Shown piece after piece: positions 1 through 7,899 of a stretch of DNA of 11,644 bases. Each line of letters begins with the position of its first letter. The first letter of the stretch is position 1. The notes under the pieces are model-generated. The model saw only the letters and a program-made list of their open reading frames with translations. It was not told the DNA's origin and ran no database searches. Source of the DNA: Tubiluchus corallicola (lineage: Eukaryota; Animalia; Priapulida); the NCBI GenBank assembly GCA_030141605.1, contig JAQGDQ010002174.1, positions 1 to 11,644 of the forward strand. The letters are read 5' to 3'. The position numbers were made by a program, and so were the translations under genes.

Positions 1-158
1 TGTGTTGATTTGGGATATATATTGTTTTTTATTAGGATTGTGTACAGTATTTTTTAGATTGGGTTTGGCTAGGATAGGTTAGGTTAGATTACTTCATTTT
101 TGAAAATCACCGTACAAGCACACAGTTTCCACATCGATAGTTTCCGCAGTTAAATTCA

Positions 159-164
159 TTTATT
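159..164 (-). terminator. Candidate polyadenylation signal (AATAAA) for the GPCR transcript
   Basis: First canonical AATAAA on the minus strand downstream of the GPCR stop, followed by GT/T-rich sequence. No transcript evidence, and the region is AT-rich. Confidence 0.3.
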
Positions 165-196
165 CCACAAGATAGACATTCAAATGTAATAATAGT

Positions 197-616
197 ATGA
201 TAACATTAATACAGTCAGGCCTACATGATAACATTAATACAGTCAGGCCTACATGATAACATTAACACAGTCAGGCCTACATGATAACATTAACACAGGC
301 AGGCCTACATGATAACATTAATACAGTCAGGCCTACATGATTTCATTAACACAGGCAGGCCTACATGATAACATTAATACAGTCAGGCCTACATGATAAC
401 ATTAATACAGTCAGGCCTACATGATAACATTAACACAGTCAGGCCTACATGATAACATTAACACAGGCAGGCCTACATGATAACATTAATACAGTCAGGC
501 CTACATGATTTCATTAACACAGGCAGGCCTACATGATAACATTAATACAGTCAGGCCTACATGATAACATTAATACAGTCAGGCCTACATGATAACATTA
601 ATACAGTCAGGCCTAC
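197..616. repeat. 28-bp minisatellite, exactly 15 units (consensus ATGATAACATTAATACAGTCAGGCCTAC)
   Basis: Units counted directly from 197 to 616 (420 bp = 15 x 28). Four variant unit types; no unique spacers. Confidence 0.97.
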
Positions 617-766
617 ATTTACATACGGCACTGGAGACCAATAGGCAAGCTTATAATATGGCAAGTATTTTCGTCAAAGCAGTGTCTAAATGTCTAATTG
701 TACATTTGTTCTGTGAGTCTAATGTTACATAATCACATTACATAAATAATTACATATTACATATAT

Positions 767-1250
767 AGCAACGTAGAGCCTGGTTAGTACTTGGATGGGT
801 GACCGCCTAGGAATACCAGGTACTGTAGGCTTGCGAGATGCCCACGCTGTATCTCGACACTAGGCGGAGGAGCTGCATAAGCAGCCAACGGCTAGAGGGC
901 GGAGGAGGTCAAGTGACCCAACGGCCATGTGTAGAGGAGTAAACCTTCCAATTCAGGAGTGGAGCCCCGAAGGCGGACCAGTGCAGCATGCTCACTGACT
1001 CCGGCAGCTCCTGCAGCCAACCCGGTGCCAAACGTATCGCTCCGCTTTCCTTTGGACTACACCAGTGAGGAAGAGAGGGGGTTCCTGTTGTCTGGGCAAC
1101 TCAGGATCTCCATACACCTTGCCCAGGCGTGCGCCCTAGAGACGTTCAAGGATCGGACTGCTCAGCCACAGTCGACGCTGCAGCTCCATCAATGTGATCA
1201 ATGACTTGGCACACACTCCATTGTCTTCCGAGACAGAAGGATACCAACCA
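767..1250 (+). mobile_element. 5S rRNA-derived SINE (SINE3 type) with RTE-LINE-derived tail; long form, 5'-truncated
   Basis: 767-832 matches the 3' part of 5S rRNA (GCCTGGTTAGTACTTGGATGGGTGACCGCC...TGTAGGCTT). 1146-1181 translates SRIGLLSHSRRC, typical of the RTE ORF C-terminus. It ends CTCCATTGTCTTCCGAGACAGAAGGATACCAACCA. Exact 12-bp TSD ACATATTACATA at 752-763 and 1251-1262. Confidence 0.88.
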
Positions 1251-1353
1251 ACATATTACATAAATGCAAATAATTAATTGCTGATAAAATTACAACGTGT
1301 AAATAAGATATTACTAGCTACATATCTTGCAGACAAACGTGCCAGTTTGGTAT

Positions 1354-2002
1354 TTAATAGCTGTCACAACAGCACAACTTTTTCATGGCTCTACGGAACT
1401 CATTGTACTTCCATGCGTATATGATGGGATTCGTTACAGAGTTTGAGAATACTAGTAGATCGGTTGCTAGGATAAACCATTGCCAGGAAGGAATCCCATC
1501 TATTTCATTCACTGACAAGTATGTGTAGACGATATAAAATGGCGTCAGTGATACGATGAAACAGCCAAACACGATGAAGAATACTTTGACGATTTTCATT
1601 TTCGATTTGAAACTATCATCTTTGTTCGTGGTGGCGCCGCCAACCCGTCTGGCATTCGTCCAAGCTACGCTGAATATTCTGCTGTAAAGAATTGACATGA
1701 TGATGACAATGGTGAAGTAGTAGATAATCTGTGCTAACCATTGGTACTTGTTAATGAAGATTTCAATAAGACAAGATTGTCCAGGATTGTGCCAAATAAT
1801 CATTGGAACAAGAATGAAAAAACAAGACCAGATCCATATGGAGATCAGAACCGTTGTAGCTCTTGTGGGCGTGACAATGGTTGGGTAGTGGAGGGGGTAG
1901 GTTATGTTGATGTATCTGTCGATAGTGACTCCTAGCAAACTTGTTATTGAAACAGTGACACAAACATCAAATATTCCAATTCTGGTGAAGCAGTAGAAAA
2001 AC
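1354..2002 (-). CDS. Class A (rhodopsin-like) GPCR, coding exon 3 (TM3-TM7, helix 8, C-tail); orphan, resembling the adenosine/melanocortin/GPR119 group
   Basis: C3.25, DRY, YPLHY in ICL2, TM4 Trp, LYSRIF in TM5, TPF in TM6, NPIIY, helix 8 EFRRAMKKL and a CCC palmitoylation-type tail. Acceptor TTTCTTTTGCCAG (AG at 2004-2003) is phase-compatible with exon 2. Stop TAA at 1356-1354. Confidence 0.95.
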
Positions 2003-2289
2003 CTGGCAAAAGAAATTTCAGAAATAAAAAAGTTACGCCAAATTATTCGTGATTTAAACAATTTTGTGTTGCAACTAGTTTGGGAAGGAAAAGTGCTTCT
2101 CTTTTGCCGTTACCGCCGCAGTTGCACTTCCTGTTGTTTGCCAGTAACATGATATTAATGGTTGTCGGAATTTGAGCTTTCAAGTAAGTTAACAGAATGT
2201 AATCTTGATGATGGCAATGGTATTGACAACAATGTTGACAGTTATGACAACAGCAAGAGTTGTTCCTGCTAATAAAGATTTTTACTTAC

Positions 2290-2391
2290 GTATTCGACTT
2301 CTTTTCAGCGGGTATGATCCGATCTAACACCATATAAAAGCTTGTCGATATTCCAACTGTTAAATCAGCAATTGCTAAGCTCAAAATGAAC
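2290..2391 (-). CDS. GPCR coding exon 2 (TM2 and ECL1); not in the ORF track
   Basis: Reads (K)FILSLAIADLTVGISTSFYMVLDRIIPAEKKSN(T), containing the TM2 LAxAD motif. Acceptor ATTTTCCAG (AG at 2393-2392), donor GTAAGT at 2289-2284. 102 bp, phase 2 at both ends. Confidence 0.93.
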
Positions 2392-3214
2392 CTGGAAAAT
2401 AGCATAACAGCCTGTACATAGCCTTCATGATTTCTCTCATTTTTTCTTTATCGTCTGTCTAATTTGTTTGATTTATTTGTTCTGCTTTTCTTTCTTCTTT
2501 TTTCTAGCAATTCTTTTTTTCCTCTACTTAGGGATGTTGATGATAACAACACATATCAATAATTATCGTATTAATAGCAAAAATTAGTTTTTATCGTTAT
2601 CGTATCGCATTTGGCACGCTTCATCACATCTTTATAAAATTGCTTCACTTTTTTCTATTTATTTACACAAATAAATGGATAAAAATAATTATTTAAAATT
2701 ATAAGCTTGTCAGACGCTAAATTATTTACTTATACTTTTGCCTGGCAATAAGGGCTACCTTCATTCTGAATCATACTGACAGAGTGCAGAGATCCTTTTT
2801 TACGCGTTGATACTGACGTGCGTCTGTGAAATACTAATCCAGATTTTTAGTGTCACTGCTCTTATGTGCAGCTCGCATAGATAAATATTTTTATCACAGT
2901 CATATATTTATCTGTAACAACTTCTCCGCGAGTAATATGACACAACCAATGTTGCATTTCATAAATAACAGCACTGATATTTTTTTATTTTTGTATAAAT
3001 TGTGTAACTTCAATTATAGTTTTTATCCTTCTTATTTATCGTATCGTAACGTGTCGTTCAAAAGACAGTTTCTCGTATCATAGGAAAAAGCATTGCACTG
3101 TTTCGTTATCAAATTTGTATCGATTGACATCCCTATTTCTACCCTCCCTTCTCTTTTCAGTGGTTTTCTCTCCTTTCCAATAGTGCGTGCGTTCACTACA
3201 CACGTAATACTTAC

Positions 3215-3399
3215 TTGTTTGGAATTGTCTGCAAGAATTCATACTTGAGAATGCAGATTATTACCAGACAGTTGCAGACAATCATTAAGAAAACTTCCAC
3301 GACAACAGCAGCAAAATACACGGGTTCAGCAAATCCGCCATCTTCATCACCGTCTGTTGAATTCTTAGCCCAGGAGTCATTTAATCCCAGTGTCGCCAT
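3215..3399 (-). CDS. GPCR coding exon 1 (N-terminus, TM1, ICL1)
   Basis: ATG at 3399 in aatATGG context. N-glycosylation sequons NDS and NST; TM1 ending CNCLVIICI; LQTIPN loop; donor GTAAGT at 3214-3209. Exon lengths 185+102+649 = 936 nt = 311 aa plus stop. Confidence 0.9.
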
Positions 3400-3645
3400 A
3401 TTAGTTGAGTTCAGTTTGATCAGAGAATATTGTGACACATTTTAAGTATGTGCCCATCAGGTAGCTTTGAGTCTTTGAAGAACAATTACTGTAGCCACAG
3501 TCCGGTAAAAGTTCAACCATACACATGTACATGTCTAGCCTCGTTATATTTCCGATTAGCTTACACAAGCTAAGAGTTTATGTAGTACATTTTTGTTAAG
3601 CGAGTCACATGATACTCAGAGCTCGAGTTGCAGGTCGCATGTGGC

Positions 3646-3667
3646 CCTTTTTAAATTATAGGCGCGG
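3646..3667 (-). promoter_or_regulatory. Possible core promoter of the GPCR: BREu-like CCGCGCC directly followed by TATAATTTAAAAAG
   Basis: CCGCGCC (3667-3661) fits SSRCGCC and abuts a TATA-like run about 250 bp upstream of the ATG. A second TATAAAAG lies at 3723-3716. Motif-only evidence. Confidence 0.25.
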
Positions 3668-4371
3668 CTCTTCAAAGAGTAAGAAGTAAAGTAAGGTAAA
3701 GCTTTTAGCACTTTACTTTTATAAAGTCCTACATGAAAGAATTACTACAGAAATGCTATCACTTCGTAGTAAACTAGACTAGAATCAACCGGCAAGTTTA
3801 CATGCTCTTTGTCTAAATAAAGCAGCCAGCAAAGGTTTCTTTCCTTTATAAGGCTTAGCAATTGCTCAGACAATAATTTCTTGTTTGTACATCGATTATC
3901 CGCTGCGCACGCAATGATAAAAAGTTTCCAGACTAATAGATTACTGATTGGCTTTCAGCCGAAACCTGAAGGTCATAGCACATGGACTGCTAGTTCTTGT
4001 AAATGTTCATAACACGAATCGACGTTTCTAATGTTTTATTATTGTCGTTTTGCTAAAATCACCTTGCTAAAATGAAGCTCGTGGTCTGGCTTCCTTGTTT
4101 TAAATTTCCTGTAAATCAGCCTTGTTACAACAACACTACACTGCAGCCAATTCTTTTGTTTTAAAACTAGCGAAACTTCAATAAGCAAGAGCAGCACTGC
4201 AACTCAAAGCAAGTCTGCAGTATCTCTCTCCAAATTTTGTCTCCATTTTTAAGGCTCGAAAACTGTGGAAAATGAATCACTTTATGAACGTCAGCCATCT
4301 TGTTTTTTTTCGCTTTCCCTTTTCGCATAAATTAGTTGAATACTATTGCCTTAGATACTTTGTACAATGAG

Positions 4372-4492
4372 ATCTATGGGCCATATCACGTTGAAAACAC
4401 CGGTTCTCGTCCGATCGCCGAAGTTAAGCAACGTTGAGCCTGGTTAGTACTTGGATGGGTGACCGCCTAGGAATACCAGGTGCTGTAGGCTT
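4372..4492 (+). pseudogene. 5S rRNA-like sequence (SINE head rather than a functional rDNA unit)
   Basis: About 120 nt, colinear with eukaryotic 5S rRNA (CCATATCACGTTGAAAACACCGGTTCTCGTCCGATCGCCGAAGTTAAGCAACG...GCTGTAGGCTT). The 5' arm of helix I is diverged, and the sequence is embedded in a TSD-flanked insertion. Confidence 0.85.
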
Positions 4493-4570
4493 GCGCTCCA
4501 CCATTGTGATCAATAACTGACTCTCTTGGCGCACACTCCATTGTCTTTCGAGACAGAAGGATGCCAACGA
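4372..4570 (+). mobile_element. 5S rRNA-derived SINE, short form (full 5S head joined directly to the RTE-type tail)
   Basis: 4372-4492 is a full-length 5S-like sequence with box A (~4422-4433) and box C (~4452-4464). There is no T4 terminator after it. The tail 4496-4570 matches 1184-1250 of the first copy. Exact 12-bp TSD ACAATGAGATCT at 4364-4375 and 4571-4582; the left TSD overlaps the first bases of the head. Confidence 0.9.
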
Positions 4571-4844
4571 ACAATGAGATCTCTTACAATCTTATTCAAC
4601 TCTTAATTAAACAATCTTTATTACTAATATTTGCTTCACAGTCACCTGTCAGTCATATCAGTTTATTACTATTATGTATAATAATTGCATAATATTTGCT
4701 GTTCTTGTGTTTGTGGAATTTTGCATTTAGCTAAGTTCCTGTTCTACCGCAGCTGTATCAATAGTGGCAGACAAATACACTATTCAACGCTACTTAGCTG
4801 CACTTTTGCTTAACTACTCTATGGTCCATTTTTGGTCTTGTTCA

Positions 4845-5254
4845 CAGGGCCTATTTTGGGCCTAAGCAAGGCCCTGGGAAGTGGGGGTGCGAGGCCCCGG
4901 GGGGGGGCGAAGCGCCGGGGAGCGAGCGCACCATGGTTGGCGCCCAGAAAATTTTTGAACTACTAGAACGCCGGAGAAGCATTTTCGAAGAGAAAATATG
5001 GAGTTATACAGTTGTTAAAGGAAAGAACAATTGAAAGAAAAACTGCTTTATTCTCAAGACCAGTCCTTAATACTTGTCAAATAGTCAAATCAAAAACAAC
5101 ATCTTTGCAATATGTAATACCGTACTCTCACTTCCGTACAAGCCATCTTCTGGCTTTTTGTTTCGCAAAGTTATCAATTACGTCGGCGCAAGGCCCCCCT
5201 GGAGGGTGAGGCCCCGGGGAAGTATCCCCACTTCCCCCCTTGAAATAGGGCCTG
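4845..5254. mobile_element. Non-autonomous hAT-type DNA transposon (MITE), 410 bp
   Basis: TIRs CAGGGCCTATTT (4845-4856) and AAATAGGGCCTG (5243-5254), 11/12 match. 8-bp TSD CTTGTTCA (4837-4844) / CTTGTTGA (5255-5262). Inverted subterminal GGGAAGTGGGG / CCCCACTTCCC and repeated AGGCCC motifs. Confidence 0.85.
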
Positions 5255-5430
5255 CTTGTTGACCATGGTTGCAAATTTTCGTCGCTTTTCATCAGTGTCG
5301 TTTTGCTACATATAGATCTTATATTATTTCCATAAGGAAGTACGTACGTTCATAAGCAAGAATTATACTGCGCAATGTACATGTAAAAATTTTAGCAGTA
5401 TAACTGCTTAGCCATTATGTGACTAGATCA

Positions 5431-7040
5431 TGGGCATATCCTGACTGGTAGTAAACAGGCAGACCCAGAGTGGGTGAACTCATATGCAAAGACCTGTTTC
5501 TTACCAGCAACTCAACATGAACAAACATATTCTACCCTGGGCATATCCTGACTGGTAGTAAACAGGCAGACCCAGAGTGGGTGAACTCATATGCAAAGAC
5601 CTGTTTCTTACCAGCAACTCAACATGAACAAACATATTCTACCCTGGGCATATCCTGACTGGTAGTAAACAGGCAGACCCAGAGTGGGTGAACTCATATG
5701 CAAAGACCTGTTTCTTACCAGCAACTCAACATGAACAAACATATTCTACCCTGGGCATATCCTGACTGGTAGTAAACAGGCAGACCCAGAGTGGGTGAAC
5801 TCATATGCAAAGACCTGTTTCTTACCAGCAACTCAACATGAACAAACATATTCTACCCTGGGCATATCCTGACTGGTAGTAAACAGGCAGACCCAGAGTG
5901 GGTGAACTCATATGCAAAGACCTGTTTCTTACCAGCAACTCAACATGAACAAACATATTCTACCCTGGGATATCCTGACTGGTAGTAAACAGGCAGACCC
6001 AGAGGGTGAACTCACATGCAAAGACCTGTTTCTTACCAGCAACTCAACATGAACAAACATATTCTACCCTGGGCATATCCTGACTGGTAGTAAACAGGTA
6101 GACCCAGAGTGGGTGAACTCATATGCAAAGACCTGTTTCTTACCAGCAACTCAACATGAACAAACATATTCTACCCTGGGCATATCCTGACTGGTAGTAA
6201 ACAGGCAGACCCAGAGTGGGTGAACTCATATGCAAAGACCTGTTTCTTACCAGCAACTCAACATGAACAAACATATTCTACCCTGGGCATATCCTGACTG
6301 GTAGTAAACAGGCAGACCCAGAGTGGGTGAACTCATATGCAAAGACCTGTTTCTTACCAGCAACTCAACATGAACAAACATATTCTACCCTGGGCATATC
6401 CTGACTGGTAGTAAACAGGCAGACCCAGAGTGGGTGAACTCATATGCAAAGACCTGTTTCTTACCAGCAACTCAACATGAACAAACATATTCTACCCTGG
6501 GCATATCCTGACTGGTAGTAAACAGGCAGACCCAGAGTGGGTGAACTCATATGCAAAGACCTGTTTCTTACCAGCAACTCAACATGAACAAACATATTCT
6601 ACCCTGGGCATATCCTGACTGGTAGTAAACAGGCAGACCCAGAGTGGGTGAACTCATATGCAAAGACCTGTTTCTTACCAGCAACTCAACATGAACAAAC
6701 ATATTCTATCCTGGGCATATCCTGACTGGTAGTAAACAGGCAGACCCAGAGTGGGTGAACTCACATGCAAAGACCTGTTTCTTACCAGCAACTCAACATG
6801 AACAAACATATTCTACCCTGGGCATATCCTGACTGGTAGTAAACAGGCAGACCCAGAGTGGGTGAACTCACATGCAAAGACCTGTTTCTTACCAGCAACT
6901 CAACATGAACAAACATATTCTACCCTGGGCATATCCTGACTGGTAGTAAACAGGCAGACCCAGAGTGGGTGAACTCATATGCAAAGACCTGTTTCTTAGC
7001 AGCAACTCAACATGAACAAACATTCTATCCTCTCCCTGGG
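5431..7040. repeat. 107-bp tandem array, 15 near-identical units
   Basis: Unit starts at 5431, 5538, 5645, 5752, 5859, 5966 (104-bp unit), 6070, 6177, 6284, 6391, 6498, 6605, 6712, 6819 and 6926. Only scattered substitutions; no spacers. Confidence 0.97.
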
Positions 7041-7269
7041 AGCAGAAGGGATGATCCAGAATTGGAATTATTGCAATTATTTTCACTATCTTGTCAATCC
7101 TGTGACGGTACTTTTTTGACCTGCAATGACACTGGGGTTGAAGATAACGGATCGAAGTATCAAAAATTGTCAAACTGAATTAAAAATGTTTATTTACCAG
7201 ACAATTTTATAACAACTCGTAAGAAATTTGTGTGTTTTTGTCACTCGTTTTTTGATATATATATTATAT

Positions 7270-7869
7270 TAATTCTTTATTTGTCTTTAAAATGGTTCAC
7301 TCATTATAATAAAATTGAGTAAGCCTCAGCGTAATGTTAAAATAACAACACTGTTCAAGACAAAGGGGGTCCAGTGCATACTAAAAAAACTAAAGTGCAA
7401 AACTAAGGCCTAATTATATACAATAAATGAACATATTTACAAACACCATATTAAAATATTTTTACAAAACAATATTACAAAAGTACATTAAATTTTACAT
7501 GACATATTTTACACTATATATACATTTGACATGACACAATTAACAGAAACATGCTTTACATTACATCAATTTCACTCATTACATTTACACTATTTATACA
7601 TTTGACATTACAAAACTAACATAACACGTATTACATTACATATTTTTTTTAAAAAAAAATTCATTTTTAATCGTTTTATGGAGTCAGGGGCGGGCGTAGA
7701 TGAAAGTTGAGTCTGTGTAATTAGTATCAGATGCACAATGTGGAAGTTGAAACCTGTTATATTGATATTCTTTTAATTTCTCTTTAAAGTGGTGGAGAGA
7801 TTCTATTTGTTTTATTTCACTGGGTAGTAAGTTCCATAAATGTATGGCCTGTTTTGATATGGAGTTATT
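7270..7869 (-). mobile_element. 3' end of a CR1/L2/Crack-group LINE (ORF2 C-terminus plus 3' UTR), 5'-truncated
   Basis: 7869-7684 translates NNSISKQAIHLWNLLPSEIKQIESLHHFKEKLKEYQYNRF...P*, containing the LWNxLP...FKxKLK motif of this group. An AT-rich UTR follows, with AATAAA at 7281-7276. Ends are approximate; no TSD found. Confidence 0.75.
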
Positions 7870-7899
7870 TCAAGATATAGAGTTATTTCAATTTGATCA

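Noticed and set aside
61-88. Telomeric TTAGG repeat
   Set aside because: Only 2-3 degenerate units; more likely low-complexity sequence or part of a repeat element cut by the window edge.
197-616. CRISPR array (28-bp repeats with palindromes AGGCCT and ATTAAT)
   Set aside because: Units are head-to-tail with no unique spacers, there are no cas genes, and the context is eukaryotic.
959-1204. 81-aa ORF as a gene
   Set aside because: GTG start, lies within the SINE body, and the recognisable RTE peptide is in a different frame.
2003-2061. N-terminal extension of ORF 1354..2061 (MFKSRIIWRNFFISEISFA)
   Set aside because: Intronic: TTG start upstream of the acceptor at 2004-2003. TM1 and TM2 come from the upstream exons.
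1354-3399. Naming the GPCR as a specific amine or adenosine receptor
   Set aside because: D3.32 and W6.48 are absent, and orthology cannot be established without a phylogeny.
3400-3438. GPCR start at 3438
   Set aside because: That codon is GTG; the first in-frame ATG, with good Kozak context, is at 3399.
1741-3445. Short ORFs 1741..1935, 1763..1963, 2850..3083 and 3215..3445
   Set aside because: Antisense, alternative-frame or intronic to the GPCR, with no recognisable motifs.
3684-3718. Small inverted repeat AAGTAAAGT/ACTTTACTT upstream of the GPCR
   Set aside because: A 9-bp AT-rich stem is plausible by chance at this base composition.
4372-4492. Functional 5S rRNA gene
   Set aside because: No T4 terminator after the 3' end, diverged 5' helix I arm, fused to a LINE tail shared with the other copy, and flanked by a TSD.
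5012-5262. ORFs within the first MITE as transposase remnants
   Set aside because: Short, non-ATG starts, and no hAT or DDE motifs.
5431-7040. CRISPR array or hammerhead-ribozyme (retrozyme) satellite
   Set aside because: No variable spacers. The minus strand has GAAACAGGTC, but there is no CTGANGA core or stem II on either strand (closest matches CTGACTG and CTGGTAA).
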